A DNA stretch of 52,442 bases from an uncultured Candidatus Kuenenia sp. Its GTDB lineage: Bacteria > Planctomycetota > Planctomycetia > Pirellulales > UBA1268. The position numbers and the translations under genes were made by a program. The notes under the pieces were generated by a model, which was not told where the DNA came from, did not search any database, and saw nothing but the letters and a program-made list of their open reading frames with translations. The DNA lies in assembly GCA_964498325.1 (NCBI GenBank), contig CAZCHF010000016.1, positions 1-52,442 of the forward strand. The letters are read 5' to 3'. Shown piece after piece: positions 9,510-19,133 of this stretch (position 1 is the stretch's first letter; the number at the start of each line of letters is the position of its first letter).

Positions 9510-10087
9510 CGATCGCCTGGCAACATGGCATCGTCCGCGGTTCCGAGGCGCGGCCGATCGCACCGATCCTGAAGGTTGGGGGGAGTCTGCTTGCGTCGCC
9601 CGAGTGGCCCGCAGCCCTTACGGATCTCACGAGCCAAATCGATCGGCCGCTCCTGGTCGTGGGAGGAGGTGGCATCGTCGATGGTCTCCGCACGATCGAT
9701 GCCGCGAATCCTCGCCCGCCCCGACTCATGCACGACCTTGCAATTCATGCCATGTCGCTCACCGCCCGTCTGGTTGCCGATGCGCTCGGCCTCCGCGTGG
9801 TGTCCTGCCCGCGCGTCTTGACGCCGGCGGTCTTGGACATCGCCGATTGGCTCGCCACCGCCGAGCGCCCTCCGACGATCCCGGTCGGCTGGGAGGTCAC
9901 CAGCGATTCCCTCGCGGCCGTGGCAGCCGTAGCCAGCGACCGATCATTGATCCTGGCCAAAAGCGTGCCCCCCCCTCCGCATGCGATGTCGATACCGTCC
10001 CTTGCTCACGCGAACTGGGTCGATGCCTGGTTTCCCACAGCGATCGGCCCGACGACTGCCGTCTGTTGGGCGGCACCTGCTCGGTGA
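9506..10087 (+). CDS. Amino-acid kinase family (aspartate/glutamate/uridylate kinase-like) protein
   Basis: PILKVGGSLL...LLVVGGGGIVDGLR is the amino-acid kinase fold signature. The ATG at 9506 overlaps the upstream stop (ATGA), implying translational coupling. Confidence 0.55.
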   Translation: MTIAWQHGIVRGSEARPIAPILKVGGSLLASPEWPAALTDLTSQIDRPLLVVGGGGIVDGLRTIDAANPRPPRLMHDLAIHAMSLTARLVADALGLRVVSCPRVLTPAVLDIADWLATAERPPTIPVGWEVTSDSLAAVAAVASDRSLILAKSVPPPPHAMSIPSLAHANWVDAWFPTAIGPTTAVCWAAPAR

Positions 10088-10123
10088 GTGTCGTTGGTTG
10101 AACGTATCGCGCGACCGAACGCG

Positions 10124-11287
10124 TCACCGGGCTCCACAGGCCTCCTGATGGGTCGTCTTCGGTGACAGCCAGGTCGCTTTTTCAACGATCACCAGACGAC
10201 CGCTCCCCGCCGGAATCCAGCCGCACACGACCGCAAAGAGACGGCGAAAGACTCGCTTTTCGGGATAGGCACCCGCATTGAATTCACTCATCGCCCAGGC
10301 GTTGAAGGGCAGCACGGCCCACGTCTCGCCCCGCGTGACGTGGGCCGCCACTGCCGGAGGAAGGCTTGCCACCGCCTCGGGCAGCATCACGACCGAGCCG
10401 ACGTTGACGTTTCCCGAATAGACATTGAACGAAAGGGCTGAATCCCAGCGGTTCACATTGTTCAAGAGAGGCATGAAGCCGACGAGCACGAGCACCATCG
10501 TCTGCGTCGTACGACCCATCGGCGGCCCCACGAACATCAGGGAACCTTCGAACGGTGGGGCCGCGTGAAAAAGCAACCAGACCAGCGAGGCCATCGTCAG
10601 GCTCCAGATCCAGGCGCTGTCGTTCCAATGGCCACGCAGCGGCCCGATGCAGACCAGAATCACGGCATGCATCGCCAGCGCGTCCCAGAGGGCCATCCTC
10701 CGAAACCGCCTCGTGAGAAGCCCGATCGCGAAGACCATCTCGAAGAGTGCCGCGGCCACACCGAGTGGTGGAATCCACGAACCTGGCAGTGGCACAAGGT
10801 TCGTGATCGGCTCGATGAACCAGGGGAACTCCTCCGTGAAGAAGTGCGGCGTCAGCTTCTGGACTCCCCCCCAGAAATAGATCGCCGCCACTGCGAACCG
10901 CATCGCGTTGAGCGTTCGACCGGCGCTGCCATCGCCGCCGCGGGTGTGGCCAAGCAGCAGGAGGAACAGCAGGAAGAAGGTGTAGAAGGATGGCCAGAGA
11001 CGGCTTTGATCCTGCGCGAAAAGAATCACCAGGAGGGTCGTGACGGCGGCGACAGGGAGCCGCGCGCGCGGCCAAACGCCGACCGCAAGCAACAGCCCTG
11101 CCAAGAGACAGACCACCAGCGTGTCGAGCGGCGCGGGAAACGGAGGCACGATCCCGAAGAGCGGCGTGAGCGGATACGCACGCGTGGAGAACCAGAGCGT
11201 TCCCGAAAACGCCATGCACAGGAGCGTCGAACCGGCGATCAGCCTCGCCGTCGCCGCGAGCCGCCGCTCATCGCTTGCCAGAATCAT
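10124..11287 (-). CDS. Polytopic integral membrane protein (possibly HTTM/DoxX-like)
   Basis: About 388 aa with 8 or more hydrophobic helices (AAIYFWGGVQKLTPHFFTEEF...). ATG at 11287, with an alternative GTG at 11302. Family assignment uncertain. Confidence 0.55.
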   Translation of the reverse strand: MILASDERRLAATARLIAGSTLLCMAFSGTLWFSTRAYPLTPLFGIVPPFPAPLDTLVVCLLAGLLLAVGVWPRARLPVAAVTTLLVILFAQDQSRLWPSFYTFFLLFLLLLGHTRGGDGSAGRTLNAMRFAVAAIYFWGGVQKLTPHFFTEEFPWFIEPITNLVPLPGSWIPPLGVAAALFEMVFAIGLLTRRFRRMALWDALAMHAVILVCIGPLRGHWNDSAWIWSLTMASLVWLLFHAAPPFEGSLMFVGPPMGRTTQTMVLVLVGFMPLLNNVNRWDSALSFNVYSGNVNVGSVVMLPEAVASLPPAVAAHVTRGETWAVLPFNAWAMSEFNAGAYPEKRVFRRLFAVVCGWIPAGSGRLVIVEKATWLSPKTTHQEACGAR

Positions 11288-11330
11288 CCCGATTCGGTGC
11301 ACAACGCCGCTCCACGCCCGCGGTCTCTCG

Positions 11331-12743
11331 TCACGGCGTTGCCTCGCCCCTCGTCAGTTCCAGGCACACCAGCCGATTCGGCCCGCGAACATACAGCATG
11401 CCGTGCGCCAAGACGGGAGCCGTCCAGGCGGGATACCGCACCAAACGCTCCGGCTCGGCATTCGGGCCAGTGCCGTCGCCCACCAGTGGAATCTCAGGAC
11501 CGGCCTGAAACGCTTCGGGCGAAGCACGAAACACGAAGAGGGATCCATTCTCGAGGAGGCAGAAAAAATGTCCCTCCACCAGCAACAGGCTGCCTCGGCC
11601 GAGCCCCGGCTGCGACCATTTGATTTCTCCTGTCTTCCACTCGATGCACCGCAACTCCGCGTCGGCGATGTGCCGCCCGCTGCATGCATAGACATGCCCT
11701 GCATGGTGGATCGGCGTGCTCCAATGGCACTGCAGGATCTTGTGACGCTTCTTCGCCTCGTCCTGCCAGACGACGTCGCAGCGCCCCGGCTGCACGCGGA
11801 GGAGCGCGGCACCCGGTCCGTAGGTTTCGCTGATGAGCACCTCGTCCCCCACGACCACCGGATTGGCGGCATTGACGCTGTCTCGAATGGACGACCGCCA
11901 AGGGAAGTGAAAATCCTGACGGCCTGTCGTGGGATCGAAGCCAAGCAGGCCACCACGCGCAAACACGAATCCCCACCGTCGACCTTCGATCGTGGCCATC
12001 GTCGGGCTCGCATAGCTTGCCAGCTCATCGCTGAACTGGTATCGCACGTCACCAGTTCGCTTGTCGAATGCCACCACGCCCGAGTCGTCACCACGGACAC
12101 GTTCGAGTTGGCCGGGAGCCACCGTGCGACTCGACTCAGGGGAGCCGCCAACGTTGGCGATCAGGAGGTCTCCCTCGACCACCGGCGTGCTGCCGACGCC
12201 GAAGAAGTTCTGTACCACACCGAATCGCTTGGACGTATCGACCTTCCAGATCACCGTGCCGTCGACGACCGAGAGACAGTGAAGTTCTCCCTCGGCCCCC
12301 ATGATGTAGACGTGATCACCGTCGACGACGGGGCAACACCGCGGCCCATTGTCGTAGCCGTAGAGATCCTCGTACGCGGTGGGGTACTCAAAAGCCCACA
12401 ACGGCTCGCCGGTCCCTGACCGAAGGCACTCGAGCCGATTCCTCTCTCCCGTTCGCGAAAAGAGAAACAGACGGCCCCGGCTGATGGTCGGCGCCGCATA
12501 ACCTGTACCGGTCTCACGGTGCCAGCGCACGCGTGCGCCCCGCAGGCGGCCGTCGAGGAAGAAACCCGTCTCGCTCGACTTCCCGTCGCCGGTCGGCCCG
12601 AGGAAGGCGGGCCAATCCACTCCCGCGCGTCGTTCCTCGACGTCGGGAACTTCACCCTCCGCGGCGACACAGGCGACCGCGAGACACAGGCTTCCAGTCA
12701 GCAGACGCGTCCAAAATACCGTGGGACAAGTCCGCCGCTGCAT
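11331..12743 (-). CDS. Secreted PQQ-like (BamB/YVTN-type) beta-propeller repeat protein, paralog 1
   Basis: Signal peptide, then repeated propeller blades (GYAAPTISRGRLFLF, VDGDHVYIMGAEGELHCL, FFGVGSTPVV, GVVAFDKRTG, RCIEWKTGEIKWSQP). Roughly half of the residues are shared with the protein at 23568-24959. Confidence 0.8.
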   Translation of the reverse strand: MQRRTCPTVFWTRLLTGSLCLAVACVAAEGEVPDVEERRAGVDWPAFLGPTGDGKSSETGFFLDGRLRGARVRWHRETGTGYAAPTISRGRLFLFSRTGERNRLECLRSGTGEPLWAFEYPTAYEDLYGYDNGPRCCPVVDGDHVYIMGAEGELHCLSVVDGTVIWKVDTSKRFGVVQNFFGVGSTPVVEGDLLIANVGGSPESSRTVAPGQLERVRGDDSGVVAFDKRTGDVRYQFSDELASYASPTMATIEGRRWGFVFARGGLLGFDPTTGRQDFHFPWRSSIRDSVNAANPVVVGDEVLISETYGPGAALLRVQPGRCDVVWQDEAKKRHKILQCHWSTPIHHAGHVYACSGRHIADAELRCIEWKTGEIKWSQPGLGRGSLLLVEGHFFCLLENGSLFVFRASPEAFQAGPEIPLVGDGTGPNAEPERLVRYPAWTAPVLAHGMLYVRGPNRLVCLELTRGEATP

Positions 12744-12749
12744 GACCGG

Positions 12750-14096
12750 CTACCAATACCAGCCGTCGGCCTTGCGGCCACCCAGGGCGACTTCGCGAGC
12801 TGCCGCCAAGCCTGGCTCATCGCGGGTCTTCGTCGCAAACTCCCAGGGCTGAAACTGGATTCCGCCGGAGACAATGACCCAGTTCCCGCCCTTCTTCTCA
12901 CTCTTGACTTCCGTTGGAATCTGCTCGGGCACGTCATACTTCACCATTGGAAGTCGCTTCGCATCGAGCAGCAGGCTGAGGTCAAGACCCGCTCGTTGGT
13001 CGAGTTGACGACCGTGGAGAAGCGCGGCTACGACGGCCAAGTCGACGCAGTTGACAAGTTCTGCAAACACCGGATGACTGGCGGTGAGTGCATCGTAATG
13101 GGTGGTCATCGCCTCACACCACCGCGCCGCGACGGGATCGCGTCGCCCCGCCCCGCGCTCGACACCATCCCGGCCGGCGACGTCAGTTTCAGTCAGGCAC
13201 TTCATGCGACGGCCGTTGATCTGCCATGCCAGTTCATCGGGGTCACGAGCGATGGGGTCGTACTCGGCTTCGAGCCAGAACCGCGGGAGCTCCGCCTTGC
13301 CCCCGGGAGGCACCATCGCAAGAAAGCTCGGCAGCCCGTTCACACCAGATCCTTCGAGCCCCATCCCGATCCGTTTCATCCGATAGTCTGCCGCCACGAG
13401 AACCCGAGCAAACCGGCTGTCGCCTGGAACACCGCCGACTCGCACCGTCTGAGGCCCGACCGCTTCCTTCATTCCACGCAGCACGGCTTCCGGATTGGGG
13501 CCGATCGTTCGCTGGGTCGCAAGAAATTTCTGGAGGTTGGCAATGCCCTGAGGCGTGGGATCGATGGAGCATTGGATCCCTCCTTGGCGAGCGGCGTCGA
13601 TGGCCCTCATCGCCACGATCAGATCCTCGAGGCAAAGCAGTGGCCGGCGGCTTCGAGCACCGACGAACGTTCCATCGGCGGCGACGGTGATGCGATCGGC
13701 CGGCCCGGCCAAGATGACATCCTTGCCGTCGGGATCGACGAAGACATGCGTGACACGCTCGAGCCCGCCGAGGAACAGCACTTCCGGCGCCAGCGGCTGA
13801 GCCTTGTCGATGGAGTCTTGGACGGCCGCGACCACCTTGGCCAGCGACACCTTGCGGAGGTCGGCGGCAGCACCGATGCCTTCGCCAATGGCAGCCCGCC
13901 GCTCCGCAGCCAGGGCCTCGATCGCCTGGGGTTCGAGGTTGCGAACGATCCCCTCGGCATCGATCGAAATACCGCCGACGCCCTGGAAACCGAATCCGCC
14001 ACCGCCGCCGAACTGAGCGGCAGACCTGTTTTCCAGTACCACGATCAGCCCGCAGGCCATCAGGCACGCGAAAACCCAAGTCCGGGAAAGACTCAT
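12750..14096 (-). CDS. Secreted hypothetical protein (Planctomycete DUF1598-like) with an N-terminal signal peptide and a Gly-rich segment
   Basis: Signal-like N-terminus MSLSRTWVFACLMACGLIVVLE, followed by GGGGGFGFQGVGG. 448 aa. Divergent from the sigma54 activator gene. Confidence 0.6.
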   Translation of the reverse strand: MSLSRTWVFACLMACGLIVVLENRSAAQFGGGGGFGFQGVGGISIDAEGIVRNLEPQAIEALAAERRAAIGEGIGAAADLRKVSLAKVVAAVQDSIDKAQPLAPEVLFLGGLERVTHVFVDPDGKDVILAGPADRITVAADGTFVGARSRRPLLCLEDLIVAMRAIDAARQGGIQCSIDPTPQGIANLQKFLATQRTIGPNPEAVLRGMKEAVGPQTVRVGGVPGDSRFARVLVAADYRMKRIGMGLEGSGVNGLPSFLAMVPPGGKAELPRFWLEAEYDPIARDPDELAWQINGRRMKCLTETDVAGRDGVERGAGRRDPVAARWCEAMTTHYDALTASHPVFAELVNCVDLAVVAALLHGRQLDQRAGLDLSLLLDAKRLPMVKYDVPEQIPTEVKSEKKGGNWVIVSGGIQFQPWEFATKTRDEPGLAAAREVALGGRKADGWYW

Positions 14097-14249
14097 GAAA
14101 CCCTCATTGCAGCGCGGAGAAAGCGAACAAACAATAGATCGTTAGCCGCAATGCTAGTCTGGGCTGGCGCAGGCGACAAACCCGATTCCATCGGGAAAAC
14201 CGGGCCCAATTCGGCCCCAGTGGATACCCAAGGCGATTTTGGCCCCCCC

Positions 14250-16193
14250 ATGACGACAAGCGGCACGTCCTCGTATCTCCGAGTCAACGATCCCGTCATG
14301 GGCCTGAGCGTTGTGCCGCTCGTCGTCGGCGAGCGGGTCACGCTGGGCAGGGCTCCTGAGAACCAAGTGGTTCTTCGCGACGAGCGGGCCAGCCGCTTCC
14401 ACGCCGAGGTCTTCGCCTCGGGGAGCGTCTGGATGGCTCGCGACCTCGAGAGTCGGAACGGGACTATCGTGGCTGGAGAGCGCATTGCGGTCGACCGCCC
14501 ACTCGTGCCGGGTGACGTGCTTCGTATCGGCCTGGCAGAGATCACCTTCTGCGAGGGGGACCCTGCCGACGCCACCACCGGAGCGATGGCCACAGCCGGC
14601 ACGGGGACGATGCCCGCTGATCTCGAAGCATGGCGCGCATCGATCGTCCATCGCCGCACTTCGAGCCGACTCCTGGAAGACATCGGAAGCGCCACGGGCG
14701 CGGTGCCCCGAGTAAGCCGTGCTGCGGCCGCCCTTTGCCGCCTCGCCTTCGGGCTCGGTCGTGCCACGAATCTTCCCGAGATCGCGCGCCTCGCACTCGC
14801 GGCAGCCATTTCCGACACGGCTGCGACGCGAGGCGTGGTCTTTCTCCCCGAGCGATTTGAGCCGAGCATGAGGAGCGATGCCGACGATCTCGTGCCGGTT
14901 GCAGGTATTCCTGCCCCGTGGCCCTGCCCCTATCCGCACGGCATCGTGACCACGGTGCTCGCTGGCGACGAGGCGATTCTCGCCACTCCTGCGCGCACCG
15001 ACGCGGGAGCGGTGACCACGATTTCGGCGCCTGTTCGATCACGAGGCTACGCCGTCGGGGTGATGCACCTCGAACTCGAACCGGGGGACCATGCGGCCGC
15101 CCCCGACGACCTCGAGTTCGTGCTCGCCGTGTGCGAAGCGCTCGGGCTGGCCCTCGACAACCTTTCGACTCGCGAAGCCCTTTCCGTGCAGCTTGCGACG
15201 GCGTCGGACGAAAACGCGCGGCTGCGGCAACGGCTCGGTGAAGAGCCTCGCATCATCGGTGGAAGCGAAGCGCTTCGAAACATCCTGGGGCAGATCGAGC
15301 GTGTCGCCGGCACGAAGGCGACCGTGCTCGTGCGGGGCGAAAGTGGCTCCGGCAAGGAGCTCGTCGCCCGAGCCATTCACGAGGCGAGCGATCGACGAAC
15401 CCGTCCATGCATCACGCTCAACTGTGCCGCCCTCTCCGAAACGCTTCTCGAGAGCGAGCTCTTCGGCCACGAAAAAGGGGCGTTCACCGGCGCCACGGAA
15501 AAAAAGATCGGGAAGTTCGAAGCGGCGCACCGGGGCACGCTCGTCCTCGACGAAATCGGCGAGATGAGCCCGGCCATTCAGGCCAAGTTTCTCCGGGTAC
15601 TCGAAGGGCATCCCTTCGAGCGCGTCGGGGGCTCCACACGGGTGCAGGTCGACGTCCGCGTCGTGGCCGCCACCAATCGTGACCTCGAGGCGGCGGTCAA
15701 GGCCGGTGAGTTTCGTCGCGACCTCTATTTTCGACTCAAGGTCGTGGAGATCGTGGTGCCACCGTTACGGCGGCGGCCGGAAGACATCGAACTCTTGGCG
15801 ACGCATTTCCTGGGACGGTTCGCCGCCGAGACCGGCCGCAAGATCAAGGGCTTTACCCGCGAGGCGATGGCCGCGATGCGTGCGTGCCAGTGGCCTGGCA
15901 ACATTCGTGAACTCCGCAATGTCGTCGAGCGGGCCGTCGTTCTCGCCCATGGCGAATGGATCGACGCCGACGACATGGTGCTCTCGTCGCTCGGGCCGGC
16001 CGGCGACACGGGCAAGGCCAAGGCCGGCCACACCGGTCCTTTCGTCCCGACGACGCTCGACGAAATGGAACGCCGCCATGTCTTTGCCACGCTCGAAGCG
16101 GTCGGCGGCAACAAGACCAAGGCCGCCGCCATTCTCGGCATCGAACGATCCACGCTTGATCGCAAGCTCGCCAAGTGGGCCAAGGCCTCATAG
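14250..16193 (+). CDS. Sigma-54-dependent transcriptional activator with N-terminal FHA domain and central GAF-like domain (FHA-GAF-AAA+-Fis HTH)
   Basis: FHA core ([25 protein letters not shown]...[12 protein letters not shown]). AAA+ motifs GESGSGKE and [16 protein letters not shown]-terminal Fis-type HTH ([15 protein letters not shown]). The 5' part of the giant listed ORF 12519..16193 is an antisense artefact. Confidence 0.9.
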   Translation: MTTSGTSSYLRVNDPVMGLSVVPLVVGERVTLGRAPENQVVLRDERASRFHAEVFASGSVWMARDLESRNGTIVAGERIAVDRPLVPGDVLRIGLAEITFCEGDPADATTGAMATAGTGTMPADLEAWRASIVHRRTSSRLLEDIGSATGAVPRVSRAAAALCRLAFGLGRATNLPEIARLALAAAISDTAATRGVVFLPERFEPSMRSDADDLVPVAGIPAPWPCPYPHGIVTTVLAGDEAILATPARTDAGAVTTISAPVRSRGYAVGVMHLELEPGDHAAAPDDLEFVLAVCEALGLALDNLSTREALSVQLATASDENARLRQRLGEEPRIIGGSEALRNILGQIERVAGTKATVLVRGESGSGKELVARAIHEASDRRTRPCITLNCAALSETLLESELFGHEKGAFTGATEKKIGKFEAAHRGTLVLDEIGEMSPAIQAKFLRVLEGHPFERVGGSTRVQVDVRVVAATNRDLEAAVKAGEFRRDLYFRLKVVEIVVPPLRRRPEDIELLATHFLGRFAAETGRKIKGFTREAMAAMRACQWPGNIRELRNVVERAVVLAHGEWIDADDMVLSSLGPAGDTGKAKAGHTGPFVPTTLDEMERRHVFATLEAVGGNKTKAAAILGIERSTLDRKLAKWAKAS

Positions 16194-16670
16194 GCCAAAG
16201 TAGCGTTTCCACTCTTCGGCGGCTTCGGGCCCAGGCTCCGGGGGCTTCGCATCGGACTGCGGCCCTGCAGGCCGTGCCGACTTCCGAAGGCCCGCGAACC
16301 ATTCCTGACTTCCGACGGGCTTGGCCCGACGTCGCCGCGCGGCCGCGATCACACGATTGTCCGACGAGACGACCGTGAGGGCAGTCGGCGCCTGATGGGC
16401 TTCGATGATCTCTTCAAGGAGGGCATCGGCTGAATCGTAGCCCCGTGCGAAGCGCACTGAGATCCCGTCGTGGATCGATCGGTCGGGAAGCCCCGGCGGG
16501 GCGGCGGCGGCGTCGAAGATCACCGTGGCCGTGATCGCAGCGTCCCCGAGCAAGCGCGCCACCTCATCGAGCAGCGCCCGCCGCGATGCCTCGAAACCAC
16601 GAGCCCCTCGGACACCTCCAAAAACACCCGAGGCATGGAGCAGGTTGTAGCCGTCGATGAGGATCTTCAT
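16188..16670 (-). CDS. NYN/PIN-like (YacP-like) domain protein
   Basis: The N-terminus MKILIDGYNLLH...SDNRVI is characteristic of YacP-like NYN domains. Last gene of the pyrB-pyrC transcription unit. Confidence 0.75.
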   Translation of the reverse strand: MKILIDGYNLLHASGVFGGVRGARGFEASRRALLDEVARLLGDAAITATVIFDAAAAPPGLPDRSIHDGISVRFARGYDSADALLEEIIEAHQAPTALTVVSSDNRVIAAARRRRAKPVGSQEWFAGLRKSARPAGPQSDAKPPEPGPEAAEEWKRYFGL

Positions 16671-16682
16671 GGGACGGCGTCC

Positions 16683-17975
16683 CTACCGCGGAAGGCGATA
16701 CTTCACGCGGCCTGCCACGATCGTGGCCACGGCCCGGCCCTGGAGCGTCCAGCCGTGAAATGGGGAGTTCACGCTCTTCGAGGCGAAGGAATGGACATCG
16801 ACGCGCCATTGCAGGGAAGGGTCGATCAGCGTGATGTCGGCCGGGGCACCGGGCCGGAGAGTGCCTCGGTTGATCCCCAGAATCCGTGCCGGCAGCGTGC
16901 TCATGGCCTCGATGAGGCGTGGCCAGCCGATCCGGCCAGGCTCGACGAGCCGGGTGACGGAAAGTCCGACCGCGGTTTCGAGCCCGAGGATGCCGAACGG
17001 GGCACGGTCGATCTCGAGCATCTTCTTCTCGAGGGCGTGCGGTGCGTGATCCGTGGCGATGCAGTCGATCGTGCCATCGATGATTCCCTCGATGATGGCG
17101 TCGACGTCGGCCGCGGTTCGCAGCGGCGGGCTCATCTTGAAGTTGGAATCGAAGCCGCGGAGGTTCTCGTCGGTGAGCGTGAAGTGATGCGGACATGCCT
17201 CGGCCGTCACCCGGACACCACGCGCCTTCGCGGCCCGGACGAGGGCGACGCCCCCCGCCGTGGAGACGTGCATCACGTGGAGACGACCGCCGGTGACTTC
17301 GGCCAGCGCGATGTCGCGGCCGATCATGACCTCCTCGCCCGCTGCCGGCATGCCCTTGAGGCCGAGCACGAGCGACACGAGCCCCTCGTGCATCACGCCC
17401 CCGGCTGTCAGTTCGAGCACCTCCTCGTGAGCGAGAAACGGCTTGTCGAACATCCGGCAATACTCGAAGACCCGCCGCATGAGCTCGGCATTGGCAACCG
17501 GCGCGCCGTCGTCGCTGAAGGCCACGGCCCCGGCCTCGACGAGTTGGCCGATCTCCGCAAGCTCCTTGCCCTCGCGGTTTCGACTCGCGCAGGCCACCAC
17601 GAACACGTTGCAGGTGTCGGCGCGGGCCGCCTTCTGATGGATGAACTCGACGGCCGCCTGAGTATCGATCGGTGGCTCCGTGTTCGGGATGCAGGCGACG
17701 CTCGTAAAGCCGCCGGTCAAAGCCGCGCGGGTGCCCGTTTCGATCGTTTCGTCTTCTTCGCGGCCAGGCTCGCGGAGATGAACGTGCATGTCGACCAGTC
17801 CGGGCGAAACGATGAGCCCTGCAGCATCGATGGTTTCGTCGACGCGGCCGACCGGCTGGGTACCGGCATGCCCCACGGCGACCACGAGACCGTCGCGCAC
17901 GAGCACGTCGTCAACGCGATCGATGCCCTGCGAGGGATCGATGACCCGACCTCCACGAACGAGCAGTGTGGCCAT
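16683..17975 (-). CDS. pyrC: Dihydroorotase
   Basis: Metal-binding motifs DMHVHLREPG and ...DHAPH... 430 aa, multimeric type. Confidence 0.9.
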   Translation of the reverse strand: MATLLVRGGRVIDPSQGIDRVDDVLVRDGLVVAVGHAGTQPVGRVDETIDAAGLIVSPGLVDMHVHLREPGREEDETIETGTRAALTGGFTSVACIPNTEPPIDTQAAVEFIHQKAARADTCNVFVVACASRNREGKELAEIGQLVEAGAVAFSDDGAPVANAELMRRVFEYCRMFDKPFLAHEEVLELTAGGVMHEGLVSLVLGLKGMPAAGEEVMIGRDIALAEVTGGRLHVMHVSTAGGVALVRAAKARGVRVTAEACPHHFTLTDENLRGFDSNFKMSPPLRTAADVDAIIEGIIDGTIDCIATDHAPHALEKKMLEIDRAPFGILGLETAVGLSVTRLVEPGRIGWPRLIEAMSTLPARILGINRGTLRPGAPADITLIDPSLQWRVDVHSFASKSVNSPFHGWTLQGRAVATIVAGRVKYRLPR

Positions 17976-18961
17976 CAGGACCGTCCTCCGGACGACATGG
18001 AAGCCCCTCGCGGACCGCAGGTGAGCCAGAGCACACCCATCCGTACGGCGAGTCCGTTGGTGACCTGATCAAGGATCAGCGACTGGGGACAGTCAGCCAC
18101 CTCGGCCGTCACTTCGACACCGCGGTTGATGGGCCCCGGCGCCAGGATGAGGAGGTCTTTCTTGGCACGTTTGAGTCGTTCGCGTGTCATGGCGTAGAGA
18201 TGGGCATATTCCCTGACCGAAGGAAACGGTCGTGTGTTCTGTCGCTCGAACTGGATCCGCAAGAGATTGAGCACGTCGCACCGCGGCACGATCGCATCGA
18301 GATCGTGGGAGATCTCGACGCCGAGCTCGCGCCAGCGCTCCGAGACGAGGGTCGGCGGCCCGCAGAGGATCACCTTCGCTCCGAGCTTCACGAGCCCCCA
18401 GAGGTTCGAGCGGGCCGTGCGGCTGTGGGCAATGTCGCCCACGAGGCCGATGGTCGCCCCGTTCAAGTCGCCGAGTCGCTCCCGAATCGAAAAGATGTCG
18501 AGCAGCCCTTGCGTGGGATGCTCATGGGGACCGTCGCCGGCGTTGATCACGCCTACGGAAAGATGCTGGGCGAGGAGGTGCGGTGTTCCGGGCGTGGAAT
18601 GACGCACGACCACGGCATCGATCCCCATTGCCTCGAGGTTCTTCGCCGTGTCGATGAACGACTCCCCCTTCGAGAGACTGCTGCCCGATGCGGAGAAGTC
18701 GATGACATCCGCTCCGAGCCGGCGCGCGGCCAGCGAAAAACTCGTCCGGGTGCGGGTCGAGTTCTCGAAGAACAGCGTGACGACTGTCGTTCCTGAAAGC
18801 ACGGCGAGCTTCTTGCGGCACCCCCCCGTCGCCTCCTTGAAGAGGGCGGCCGTGTCGAGAAGCAACCGGATCTCGCCGGCCGTCAGCCGCTCGAGGTCGA
18901 GCAGGTGGCGATGCGCCCATTGGGCAGGCACGGTCTCCGGCTCGATCGTTGCCGCTGTCAT
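17975..18961 (-). CDS. pyrB: Aspartate carbamoyltransferase catalytic subunit
   Basis: STRTR carbamoyl-phosphate binding motif and the HPTQ motif. 328 aa. Stop codon overlaps the pyrC start. Confidence 0.9.
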   Translation of the reverse strand: MTAATIEPETVPAQWAHRHLLDLERLTAGEIRLLLDTAALFKEATGGCRKKLAVLSGTTVVTLFFENSTRTRTSFSLAARRLGADVIDFSASGSSLSKGESFIDTAKNLEAMGIDAVVVRHSTPGTPHLLAQHLSVGVINAGDGPHEHPTQGLLDIFSIRERLGDLNGATIGLVGDIAHSRTARSNLWGLVKLGAKVILCGPPTLVSERWRELGVEISHDLDAIVPRCDVLNLLRIQFERQNTRPFPSVREYAHLYAMTRERLKRAKKDLLILAPGPINRGVEVTAEVADCPQSLILDQVTNGLAVRMGVLWLTCGPRGASMSSGGRS

Positions 18962-19133
18962 GGTGAAAACCTGAGTTCAATTTCGGGGAAATACTGGGCG
19001 GGGCGAAGTTTAGCAGATGCCGTCTGACACCATGCGTGACGGCCCACACTGGCCTTGTGGCGACCGTGGACTCCCCCTAACCTCCCGCCGTCAAAACGAG
19101 GTCCCGGCCACCCCGGGCTCCCCAGGTTTCGCG

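Noticed and set aside
7481-9563. Two long minus-strand ORFs (360 and 524 aa)
   Set aside because: Antisense to the ATP-grasp and hydantoinase-like genes. Their compositions are Ser/Arg/Pro/Gly-biased with no motifs.
10284-11623. ORFs 10284..11219 (-) and 10565..11623 (+)
   Set aside because: Out-of-frame or antisense overlaps of the polytopic membrane protein gene. The translations are Arg-rich and basic.
12519-14249. 5' 577 codons of the 1224-aa plus-strand ORF
   Set aside because: Antisense to the DUF1598-like and PQQ-propeller genes. Recognisable domains (FHA onward) begin only after the ATG at 14250, which lies just past the divergent gene's start.
16470-18068. 532-aa plus-strand ORF
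   Set aside because: Antisense to pyrC (dihydroorotase), whose motifs are unambiguous.
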